From NCBI GenBank assembly GCA_019704295.1, contig AP024596.1:800001-864000 (forward strand): 64,000 nucleotides of DNA. Direction: 5' to 3'. This stretch comes from Sulfolobales archaeon HS-7 (GTDB taxonomy: Archaea; Thermoproteota; Thermoprotei_A; Sulfolobales; Sulfolobaceae). Position 1 is the first letter of the stretch. Every line of letters starts with the position of its first letter. The notes below the pieces were generated by a model. That model was not told the origin of the DNA. It saw nothing but the letters and a program-made list of their open reading frames with translations, and made no database searches. Position numbers and translations under genes: made by a program. Shown here in pieces: positions 55,081 through 64,000 of this stretch.

Positions 55081-55791
55081 TTATCCAAGTCCTACAGTAC
55101 CTTTGTCATATATTTCCTCATATATTATCTTATATTCTGGATAAATATATTTAATAATTTCTCGGGCAAGAATTTTCTTAACGTCAGATAATCTTTCCCA
55201 TTGATATACATCGCTAGGTAATATTAGTATAATGTTTTTTGCCTCATCGTCGATTTTAAGCTCAGCATCTTTGTTTTTACCAAGATGATGTTTTACTAAT
55301 GCTTTAATCTTGGAGGATGGTTCTTCTAGTTTTGACACTACCTTGAGCTTAGCTAGAATTACTTTCCCAGCATAAGGATGGTTAAGATCCACTACTACTC
55401 TATTTCCCGAAACGCTTCTCACAATCGCGATATTTCCGTCATCTAGGAGAACGGGTTTGTTAACCCTGATCTGATGAGGATCAGTAATTTTATATATTGA
55501 AATTGTTTTAACTTTCGTTGGATCTCTATTTCCGTACGCTTTCTCTGGGGGTATCTCTATTTCTTTCTCTGTTCCTATATCCATTTGTAACAAGGCCTCC
55601 TCTATTCCATCGATAAATCTATGTTCCCCGATTATGGCTAAAATAGGGCCGTATTCTCTCGTTTCACTATATATGTTTTTCTCTTTTGCCAGCTTCTCGT
55701 CTGTTGTATCAATTACTTCTCCAGTATCTTTAACGGATAGTACATATTCGAGATATACAAAGTCATTATCGTTTAACATTTCATCTTCCAC
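55081..55791 (-). CDS. Long-type FKBP peptidyl-prolyl isomerase (SlyD-like)
   Basis: GEVIDTT, GIEEAL, PPEKAYG.RDP, VDLNHPYAGK. Confidence 0.92.
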   Translation of the reverse strand: MEDEMLNDNDFVYLEYVLSVKDTGEVIDTTDEKLAKEKNIYSETREYGPILAIIGEHRFIDGIEEALLQMDIGTEKEIEIPPEKAYGNRDPTKVKTISIYKITDPHQIRVNKPVLLDDGNIAIVRSVSGNRVVVDLNHPYAGKVILAKLKVVSKLEEPSSKIKALVKHHLGKNKDAELKIDDEAKNIILILPSDVYQWERLSDVKKILAREIIKYIYPEYKIIYEEIYDKGTVGLG

Positions 55792-55869
55792 TATCGTTTT
55801 ATGGTTAAGTTATAAAAACTAATCTGATCCTAAAACTGCTATCATTACTATCTGGCTAAATATGCTAAT

Positions 55870-56180
55870 GAACTAGCTCGCTCTTGGAGACATTGAGATC
55901 TCCCGCTTTGAAATTTCCTACTTATCGGAAAGACTCCTATCTCAATAACTGAGGTTTCGCCGAGGTGTTCTGTAACGTTCAATACGGGGAGAGATTACCG
56001 AGGGTTTCTACAGACCCAAGTTACCAAAGTATTATAGGTTCGAAGTTCTTCTATCGACACCTAAGATAAATTGCAGTTTTTCTGTACTATGAAGAGCTCT
56101 TATAATGGTCTATCTCCATGAGTTTCCCCTTTAACTCCCCGTTAAGTTAAACCACCTTGAAATTTCATATGAAGCACAAT
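55870..56180 (-). mobile_element. Possible IS1-family transposase relic
   Basis: Broken minus-strand frames give GDR..YN..W..SPV.N..E, in the order seen in Sulfolobales IS1 transposases. Confidence 0.3.
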
Positions 56181-56282
56181 GTGTTCCTATAATTGGTGGC
56201 TAAGAAAACTCAAGTAGATTACGCTATTAAAAAGTAAGGAAAAGCATCGATAATATGAATACTGGACAAGAATAATTATACT

Positions 56283-59200
56283 CTATCCAGAATATTCCGC
56301 TAACCAGTATTCTTTTAATTCATTATAACTAAATATTTCTACGTTAAATAATGCGTAACTAATTTCAAATCCTAACTTAGCGTTAAGAATTAAAGGAATA
56401 TTAAAGTCAACACTACTTCTCCTAATTTCGTAATCCTTGTTAATCGCATAACCGTCTGTAACAACAAGACCTATTTTCCTCGAACTTAAATAAAATAATA
56501 GTCTCTTATGGTCTAGTTCATTATAATTTGGTAATGGCATTTTATCGTAAGTAATAACTGTAAACCCTTTCTCCGTAAAGTTGGAGGCTACCTTTATCAA
56601 TATGTCTCTATTTGAATCACCATATATTAGAATCAGTTTATCGTGTGAAGGAATATTGTTAGGTGAGGCAGATAACCAACTTTTTATTAACGCCTCTTGA
56701 TAAGTATAGCCTAACGAAGCTACTTCTCCCGTACTGCGCATTTCTGGTCCTAAATAGGGATAAGCCCCCTTTAATTGGGCCCAAGAGAATTGTGGACTTT
56801 TGACTGCCCACGAGACAGAATTTAATAATACTTGTGAGCTTGAATGAAAACCTTCAAAAATTCCTCGAACGCCTAAATCTACTACGTTAGTCCCGACCGC
56901 CTTACTAGAAAAGGGCATACTTCTACTAGTTCTAAGATTTAACTCTAATACATGGGGCTTCTCCTTGATTAGGTATTGGATATTAAAAGGCCCTCTTATA
57001 TTAAGCTCTCTTACTAACAATTCTGCCTGACTTAACATGGTGCTTAGTGTATTTTCTTTTAGTGTAATTGGAGGAGTAACTATTGTAGCGTCACCACTGT
57101 GAATACCTGCCTCTTCTATGTGTTCTATAGGTATACAGATTGCGGTATTTCCATCTCCCGCACAATCAAGTTCCGCCTCAGTTGCCCCTTTAAAAAACTT
57201 TGAAATAACTGCTGGATATTTAGTGGAGATTACTCTAGATCTAGAAAGATATTTGTTAAGGTCTGCGTAATTTTCAATGATAACCATGTTTGAACCACTT
57301 AGCACATAGCTAGGTCTTATGATTACGGGGAATCCATATTTCTCAATGAAAGACTTTATCTCCTGTGATGTCGTAACTGAAGTCCACTCTGGCTGCGGTA
57401 TCCCTAGTTTATTTAGAAGTTCTGAAAATTTTGCTCTGTTTTCCGCCTTGTCTATACAACTACCAGCAGTTCCTAAAAGTGATATGTTATTACTCTCTAA
57501 CTCCTTTGCTAAATTATTTCCTATTTGACCCGCTGAAAATATTGCCACAGATTTGTATTTCTCTTTCTTTAATACGCTCATTATTACGGAGGAGGAAATT
57601 TCATCGAAGTAAAGTTTTTTTGCGATATCCCAATCAGTAGAGACAGTTTCTGGATTATAATTTAAAACTGTAACATTTTTTATATACCGGCTTAAAGCGG
57701 ATAGCGCGGATATAAGCCCCCAATCGAACTCTACAGACACCCCAATCCTAAATCCACCTGCACCAACTAATAGAACGCCGTTATTGTCAAAGGTGATATC
57801 GTTTTCACTTCCATTATAGGTTAAGTATAGGTAGTTGGTTTGCGCAGGCCACTCGCCTGCGACTGTATCAATCTGTTTTACAACAGGTTCGTGATTTTCT
57901 GTTAATTCTTGAATCTTCTGCCTGTTTAATCCTGTTATTTCTTCTAATTGTTCTTGCGAAAAGCCCAATTTTAAAGCGTTAATTAACATATCCTTTTCAG
58001 GATTAGCATTTAGCTGTTTCGCGAAAGCTACAAGTCCTCTTATTTTATCTAAAAAGAACTTATCTATACCTGTTACTTGGTACACTTCCTCAGTATCTGC
58101 ATCATAATAAAAAGCGGCAGACGCACTTAAGAACCAGTATGGACGCTTTTCGCTGAGGTATTTTATAGCTTTTTCCTTATTCATTGATTTTATAAAGTTT
58201 AAATCAAAAACACCCTTTACCCCGATATCAAGCATCCTTGTAGCTTTTTGTAATGCCTCCTCGAAGTTTCTCCCTATTGCCATAACCTCGCCTACGCTTT
58301 TCATTTCCGTCCCTAAACTTGTCTCTACCTTATCGAATTTATCTAAATCCCATCTCGGAGACTTAATTACAATGTAATCTAAACTAGGTTCGAAACAAGC
58401 ACATGTGGAGCCTGATACGGAGTTCCTTATTTCGTACAATTTATAGCCAAGCGCTATTTTCGCAGATACATAAGCTAATGGATAACCTGTTGCTTTACTA
58501 GCCAGAGCGCTTGAACGTGACATTCTTGGATTAGTTTCAATAACGTAAAAATTAGAGCCTTCTGGAGAGAGGGCAAACTGGACGTTACACTCTCCCTGAA
58601 GTTCTATAGACTCTGCGACCTTAATGGCTACATCCCTCATCTTTTGATATTCGGTATTATCGAGGGTTTGACATGGAGTAACAACAACTGATTCGCCTGT
58701 ATGAGTTCCCATCGGATCTAAATTCTCTATGCACGCTACAACCGAACTATTACCATCGGAATCCCTAATTACCTCATATTCTAATTCCTTCCAATGATGG
58801 AGGTACTTCTCCAGCAACACTTCATTGATATAGCTTTGTGATAATGCACGAGGAATTTCTTTCCTTAATTGATTCTCATTCCATATTACTGAAGAACCTC
58901 TACCCCCTAAATTAAATGAAACTCTTATCATTAGGGGATATCCTAACATCTCAGCCTTTTCTATTGCCTCATTATAATCTCTTGCAGAGTAGCTAGGCGG
59001 TACTGGTAACTTCCTCTCTATCATAGTTTCCCTAAACCTCTCTCTGCTAAGTGCCCTCTCGATTCCTGAAATGGGTGTTCCTAGAACTTTTACGGAATAG
59101 TTATTAAGTACGCCTTTCTTATATAGATCTATTCCTATATTTAGCGCCGATTGACCCCCAAAGCCTATCATGATTCCATCAGGTCTCTCCTTTTCAATAA

Positions 59201-59411
59201 TCCTTGACACAAACTCAACATTTAGGGGTAACATATAGACCTTGTCGGCAAAAGTGTAACTCGTCTGTACAGTAGCTACGTTAGGATTAAATAATACTGT
59301 CTGTATACCTTCCTCCTTTATCGCCTTTAGAGCCTGAGTCGCACTATAATCAAATTCTGCCGCCTCTGCAATCTTTATAGCTCCAGATCCTATTACTAGG
59401 ATTTTCTTCAT
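56283..59411 (-). CDS. carB: Carbamoyl-phosphate synthase large subunit
   Basis: [32 protein letters not shown], duplicated ATP-grasp domains. Confidence 0.97.
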   Translation of the reverse strand: MKKILVIGSGAIKIAEAAEFDYSATQALKAIKEEGIQTVLFNPNVATVQTSYTFADKVYMLPLNVEFVSRIIEKERPDGIMIGFGGQSALNIGIDLYKKGVLNNYSVKVLGTPISGIERALSRERFRETMIERKLPVPPSYSARDYNEAIEKAEMLGYPLMIRVSFNLGGRGSSVIWNENQLRKEIPRALSQSYINEVLLEKYLHHWKELEYEVIRDSDGNSSVVACIENLDPMGTHTGESVVVTPCQTLDNTEYQKMRDVAIKVAESIELQGECNVQFALSPEGSNFYVIETNPRMSRSSALASKATGYPLAYVSAKIALGYKLYEIRNSVSGSTCACFEPSLDYIVIKSPRWDLDKFDKVETSLGTEMKSVGEVMAIGRNFEEALQKATRMLDIGVKGVFDLNFIKSMNKEKAIKYLSEKRPYWFLSASAAFYYDADTEEVYQVTGIDKFFLDKIRGLVAFAKQLNANPEKDMLINALKLGFSQEQLEEITGLNRQKIQELTENHEPVVKQIDTVAGEWPAQTNYLYLTYNGSENDITFDNNGVLLVGAGGFRIGVSVEFDWGLISALSALSRYIKNVTVLNYNPETVSTDWDIAKKLYFDEISSSVIMSVLKKEKYKSVAIFSAGQIGNNLAKELESNNISLLGTAGSCIDKAENRAKFSELLNKLGIPQPEWTSVTTSQEIKSFIEKYGFPVIIRPSYVLSGSNMVIIENYADLNKYLSRSRVISTKYPAVISKFFKGATEAELDCAGDGNTAICIPIEHIEEAGIHSGDATIVTPPITLKENTLSTMLSQAELLVRELNIRGPFNIQYLIKEKPHVLELNLRTSRSMPFSSKAVGTNVVDLGVRGIFEGFHSSSQVLLNSVSWAVKSPQFSWAQLKGAYPYLGPEMRSTGEVASLGYTYQEALIKSWLSASPNNIPSHDKLILIYGDSNRDILIKVASNFTEKGFTVITYDKMPLPNYNELDHKRLLFYLSSRKIGLVVTDGYAINKDYEIRRSSVDFNIPLILNAKLGFEISYALFNVEIFSYNELKEYWLAEYSG

Positions 59412-60484
59412 GTTCTCAAATACCTCATTGTAAAATAGTCAAATATCCAGTTGGTATCGTTGGGACCAGGTCTAGCCTCCGGATGAAATTGCACCGAAAT
59501 GATTGGAAAGTTATCGTACAGAACTCCCTCAATCGTCATATCATCAGGGTCTACAAACCACAGTTTAGCTTCTGGAGGAATTTTGGTAACAGCGTAACCA
59601 TGATTATGAGTGGAAATATAACATTTTTTCGAGTTAACGTCGTATAACGGTTTATTTATTCCTCTATGTCCGTACCTCATTTTTTCGACTTTTCCTCCTA
59701 ATGCAAGCGCTATTAACTGATGTCCCAAACAGATACCTAACGTTTGATATTTGTATTCTAGCAACTCTCTAACGTCTTCTATTTTATCTTTAAGAAAATT
59801 TGGATTCCCTGGTCCATTAGATATTACCACTGCATCAGGATTGAAATCTGAAACCGTCGAAGGAGATACATTACACGGAAGTCTCACTATGTTGAAACCT
59901 CTCTTATAGAGTTGATGCAAAATACCGTGTTTCACTCCACAGTCAATAATTACAATCGTCCTATTCATATTGCCGTAATAAAATAGTGGAACTTTAGGAG
60001 ATACGTAACTCGTGAAATCTATTTCGTCATATCTTTCCGTAATTTCTGGTTTCAAGTCGCTTGAAAATATAGTAGCCATCATTGTGCCGTATTCCCTTAT
60101 CTTTTTCACTAACATGCGCGTATCTATTCCTTGAATACCAGGAATGTCATTTTCAATAAGCCATTCATTAAGAGTTAGTGAATAGCCCCTCTTTTTTCCT
60201 TCTGTAAGTTCACTAACTACTAAACCATTTACCTGCACGTGCTCTGATTCGAAATTAGTTAGTATTCCGTTGTCTTCTCTCTTGCTCGGTACTCCATAAT
60301 TTCCAACTAGTGGGTGGGTAATAACAAGTATTTGCCCTCTATAGGAAGGATCTGTGAGACTTTCAGGGTAGCCATTCATAGCGGTTGAAAAAACTATCTC
60401 TCCTTCGCTTTTTTTCATACTGCCGAAGAGCTTTCCCTTATATAGAGAGCCATCTTCTAGATATAGAAAACCGTCATTTCCCAT
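59408..60484 (-). CDS. carA: Carbamoyl-phosphate synthase small subunit
   Basis: [28 protein letters not shown]. Confidence 0.97.
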   Translation of the reverse strand: MGNDGFLYLEDGSLYKGKLFGSMKKSEGEIVFSTAMNGYPESLTDPSYRGQILVITHPLVGNYGVPSKREDNGILTNFESEHVQVNGLVVSELTEGKKRGYSLTLNEWLIENDIPGIQGIDTRMLVKKIREYGTMMATIFSSDLKPEITERYDEIDFTSYVSPKVPLFYYGNMNRTIVIIDCGVKHGILHQLYKRGFNIVRLPCNVSPSTVSDFNPDAVVISNGPGNPNFLKDKIEDVRELLEYKYQTLGICLGHQLIALALGGKVEKMRYGHRGINKPLYDVNSKKCYISTHNHGYAVTKIPPEAKLWFVDPDDMTIEGVLYDNFPIISVQFHPEARPGPNDTNWIFDYFTMRYLRT

Positions 60485-60694
60485 GAAAATACCCCTGAAC
60501 GGAATTGTATTCATTTTTACTCTTTTCCTTTAATTTCAATATCGTATAAGGAAAAAGGTGCAGAGCCCACTCTTTTCTTTGATAAATCTTTATAAAAAGT
60601 TTTCTGGAATTGGTTGCCTCGTACTATTAATGGATATTTGTAAAAAAATCACACTGAAAATCTTTTATTTGTGCTAAGGATCTATGAGAGTGCT

Positions 60695-60862
60695 ATGCAA
60701 GAGGGAAAAAAAATAGTCGTCAGTGTTAGATTAAAGGAAGAACTTGTCTCTAAAATAGATCAGATAGCACGAGAGAATAACGTTCCTAGGAGTGAAGTCA
60801 TCATGAAGGCTTTAGTTTGGTACATGGAAAAGCGTGGCTACACAAGAAATAATCACTTATAA
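60695..60862 (+). CDS. Ribbon-helix-helix (CopG-family) regulator
   Basis: VVSVRLKEELVSKIDQIA..VPRSEVIMKAL. Confidence 0.85.
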   Translation: MQEGKKIVVSVRLKEELVSKIDQIARENNVPRSEVIMKALVWYMEKRGYTRNNHL

Positions 60863-61663
60863 CCTTCTTCTTTTTTCCAACAAATTAATGGTAGGAGGAA
60901 GATCGTAATAAAAAATCTCGTTATTGTAGAAGTCTCGAAGAAGTACTCTAGAAGCCTCATCTATATTCAACTCCTTATCCTTGGAGTATATTAGATGTCT
61001 TTTCTTTGCAATTCCCTCTATTAACTCTAGCTCTGTACTAAATACTACATTATATTTTCTCTGCAGCCTATGTTTAAATCCTAGTCCCGTAATTCTTCTA
61101 ATTAATTCGACTGCAACCTTTACAGGATTTTCTAATTTTTCAGGGGGAGTACCACGTATAATCCTTTCTAAAGGACTTCCGTCGGGAGGGATAACACCAG
61201 GCGAATCCCAAATATATAGACCACCGCTTATTTTGAATAATTGAATTTGTAATGTAGAACCAGTTCCGCGAGGTATAGGCGACACTTTTGTAGACTTGTA
61301 ACCTTTAAGGGAGTTAATTATTGACGACTTTCCTGTTTTTGGATAACCTACAAGAATACATTTTATTTTCTCCTTACTTTGGAGAGACTTTATTCCTCTT
61401 TTTAGTATCTTCGTGTTCTCATTTTTCTTAATGCTATAAGGTATTGTAATAAGTCCTTGATTTTCGTAAATTTGAATCCACTTTTTTATTACTGTAGGTG
61501 GAACTAAATCCGATTTATTCATAACTAACACTAGTTTCTTGTTATATCTTAATGCGATTTCTTCTAACTTTATAGATCGTGTTAACTCAGGTTCTCTACC
61601 ATCTAAGACTTCTAGAATAACGTCAGATTTACGAATATACTTAATTAGTTCTGTAGGAAACAT
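60857..61663 (-). CDS. Circularly permuted GTPase (RbgA/YlqF family)
   Basis: EVLDGREP, NKSDL preceding GYPKTGKSS, DSPG. Confidence 0.92.
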   Translation of the reverse strand: MFPTELIKYIRKSDVILEVLDGREPELTRSIKLEEIALRYNKKLVLVMNKSDLVPPTVIKKWIQIYENQGLITIPYSIKKNENTKILKRGIKSLQSKEKIKCILVGYPKTGKSSIINSLKGYKSTKVSPIPRGTGSTLQIQLFKISGGLYIWDSPGVIPPDGSPLERIIRGTPPEKLENPVKVAVELIRRITGLGFKHRLQRKYNVVFSTELELIEGIAKKRHLIYSKDKELNIDEASRVLLRDFYNNEIFYYDLPPTINLLEKRRRL

Positions 61664-61759
61664 TTTATACGCCGTTATAGTGGTGTTGAGTCTTTTATTT
61701 CGAATTTAAAAGAATAAGGCTATATGTTTCTCTAGACTTTAAAGGTAAATTAACCGAGA

Positions 61760-61921
61760 GGACCGTTAATGCGTTCATTGCGAATTCGATTTATTTAGAA
61801 ATATAGAATGAATTTGATTGAATATTATCGTGTTGATTGGTAAGGATTCACACTTAATAATTCCCTTTATTTAATACCTATTTGCAATAATTATAATTGA
61901 CAATGGATACCTGAATCGGCT
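61760..61921. mobile_element. MITE family 1 copy (inverted relative to 15756-15917)
   Basis: Shares long blocks with the reverse complement of the 15.8-kb copy: GTTCATTGCGAATT, TAGAATGAATTT.ATTGAATAT, GATTCACACTTAA, CCTTTATTTAAT.CCTATTTGC. Confidence 0.8.
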
Positions 61922-62237
61922 AACCAGGATCAGAAAGAGCATATTATACGCAAAATTTGTTTATTTTCAAAAAATTCAGCATTGCCATTAGTTTGTCGGC
62001 TATTAACTCCTCTAAGTTAATATTTGGAGGACACTATTTAATTTATAGAACTTTCCAGAAATTTTACTTAACTAACGTTAATAGTCTCTGACTGTCCTTG
62101 TTATTGAAAATTTCAATCACTCACTACGAAATACAAGGAAATCCTAAAAAACTTAAAAGAACATACACTTTTTAGTAACTAATAATATCCGACGGTTATG
62201 ACGCTTAGCAAACGTCAAACTTATTATGTTAAGAACA

Positions 62238-62415
62238 CTCGTTGCTGCCCTTGATTCTCGAAAATTGAGCAATTACTTACCATCATGCTCAGTAAACTAA
62301 TCTTATACTACTACTTCACATAATTAGACGATTTTTCAATTCTAAATAGATATGTTTTATCGCTTTTTACTTTATCTAATTATTCATATTAATTATACAT
62401 TAGAGATTGTCAGTA
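62238..62415. repeat. Dispersed repeat homologous to 50065-50235
   Basis: Same blocks as the 50065 copy; followed by a GC-richer stop-riddled tract. Confidence 0.55.
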
Positions 62416-62730
62416 TCTAAAGAGATGCACGGAATATAGGTTTGAGAAGTAGGGTAAGAGGCTCGTTCTGGTGAAATATGCATTTACTTCTATACCCTGC
62501 GATAGTTATGGGAACTTCGGGTAAGACTTAACACAAGTTAATCGCATCTTAAGATGTTCTTACCTGTGTAGGATAACAGATCGTTATTAGTATATCTCTC
62601 TCAGTATCCCAAGGAGATTAAGGTTGGAACTATCCGTAGAGTGTGAGGAGTCCTTGTCCTAACGAGGTAGGAGATCTGGAAGTCCTATCCATAGCAGGCA
62701 GGCACTTAACAATGCTGATTCAGGATATAT

Positions 62731-63699
62731 TTAAATTTTTATATCCTTAATTTTATGAAAATTAGCTTTTTTCCCAACTATTCTAACAGTAATTTCTCGC
62801 ATGCCGTTTTTTTTAATTTCTATGTGCACTTCATCACCCACCTTAAGCTGTTCATATTTTCTAAAGCTTTTAGAGACTCCGTTCTCCAGTGTTGTAACTA
62901 TTACATTATCAAGCTTTACGTTTCCTGTATTTTTTATTATAAGTTTCATGGCATTATCTTCATTAATTTTAAGTACATCAAAGTTAATATTTGGAACAAT
63001 TATTTTCTCATTACATACTACGAAAAGGAATCCAGGTTCGTGATATTTTCCTGTAGATTCATAACTTAATTCATTATTTCCTCTCGTAGTAATATCTAAT
63101 TCTTCTAAACCGTTTACATTACTAGACCATATTACCTCTCCATTATTGCGAAGTTTTATTATTCCCTTAGCGGCAACTACAGCATAAACTCTTCCCTTAG
63201 AGGTAAAATTAAGGCCTTTATTATTATCTAGTAACGTCGTACCTGCGGATATTTCATATTCCGTTGTAAACCCCTCTGTAAGGTATGTTGAAAAAACTAG
63301 GGCGTATAATATCTTAATCTCGTCGGAATAGGATACAGTCATAACATTTTTAGTTGTTATAATAGGTGAAATATCATATATTGCAGTAAAATATAATTTT
63401 TTATTATGATTTACAAGTATATTAGGTTTAAATTCTTTTGTTATGGAGAAATCGTTTATCCATATTCGCCAAGTCTTTGGCTGTTTTGTTCTTCCCTCTA
63501 TTCCTATTACGGCAAACGCCTTCCTCGGAATATTTTCAAAATTTACTATATAAGAACTGTCGTTTATGCCCTTATTTATAGAATTTTTTATTGGTTTTTC
63601 AAGCAGAAGTTTTTCTGTAACTCCCTCAAAAAACTCTTCCTTATCAAAAGTCATCATATCACTAATTATCATTTCATACAGAGAAGGTCTTTCCTCCAA
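62731..63699 (-). CDS. Hypothetical protein with C-terminal CARDB-like Ig fold
   Basis: 322-aa ORF; IKNTGNVKLDNVIV..LKVGDEV pattern. Confidence 0.7.
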   Translation of the reverse strand: MEERPSLYEMIISDMMTFDKEEFFEGVTEKLLLEKPIKNSINKGINDSSYIVNFENIPRKAFAVIGIEGRTKQPKTWRIWINDFSITKEFKPNILVNHNKKLYFTAIYDISPIITTKNVMTVSYSDEIKILYALVFSTYLTEGFTTEYEISAGTTLLDNNKGLNFTSKGRVYAVVAAKGIIKLRNNGEVIWSSNVNGLEELDITTRGNNELSYESTGKYHEPGFLFVVCNEKIIVPNINFDVLKINEDNAMKLIIKNTGNVKLDNVIVTTLENGVSKSFRKYEQLKVGDEVHIEIKKNGMREITVRIVGKKANFHKIKDIKI

Positions 63700-63824
63700 A
63701 TATGTTTATTCATAACTAGCTTTTCAATAATAACGTTAGAAGCACTCTACTACAGTGGAGAAGGCAGGAGTTTGATAGGACAGGATAGTTAACAAAGAGG
63801 GGAAGGTTATGCTATATTAATTTC

Positions 63825-64000
63825 TCATTCACTCATTCTTACTCTTACTTTGAGTCCTGTCTTTTTCTCTAATTTGTGAATTTGGGTTGCAACCCGTTTA
63901 TTGTATTTAGAAATCTGATCCCTCGGAATCTCTACAATAACTTCCCCATTTTCATTAAGTACTTTTGCATCTGGTAAATACTTTAATACTATTTTTGATA
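63825..64000 (-). CDS. 3' end of a KH-domain protein, probably PINA (PIN-ATPase-KH); partial
   Basis: Open frame from the window edge: ..YLPDAKVLNENGEVIVEIPRDQISKYNKRVATQIHKLEKKTGLKVRVRMSE*. Confidence 0.65.
   Translation of the reverse strand, partial: SKIVLKYLPDAKVLNENGEVIVEIPRDQISKYNKRVATQIHKLEKKTGLKVRVRMSE

Overview
This is an AT-rich archaeal core-genome window. The protein set (Rpo8, SmAP3, Lrs14-family regulator, TFS2-like protein, intron-containing cbf5) points to Sulfolobales (Crenarchaeota). It holds about 50 housekeeping genes for transcription, RNA processing and modification, the exosome, proteasome and chaperonin, ribosomal proteins, lipid/NAD/sugar-nucleotide metabolism and carAB. 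There are six tRNA genes, three with 37/38 introns, and one well-formed box C/D sRNA candidate. Intergenic DNA is littered with mobile-element debris: three copies of an ISH3-family (ISC1439-like) IS, a four-copy ~162-bp MITE family and other transposase/tnpB relics. Most notable observations: (1) an 18-nt BHB mRNA intron in cbf5; (2) two conserved genes, rpo8 and trm56, whose homologous N-termini have no in-frame ATG/GTG/TTG, implying non-canonical ACG and ATA/ATC starts or sequence errors; (3) a tRNA-Leu/tRNA-Thr pair only 3 nt apart; (4) signs of gene erosion, namely a truncated ThrRS editing protein, a possible Pcc1 relic, a split exosome/RNase P superoperon and carAB without arg neighbours. 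I saw no CRISPR array, rRNA or obvious defence island, and I cannot claim a clearly new multi-gene system.
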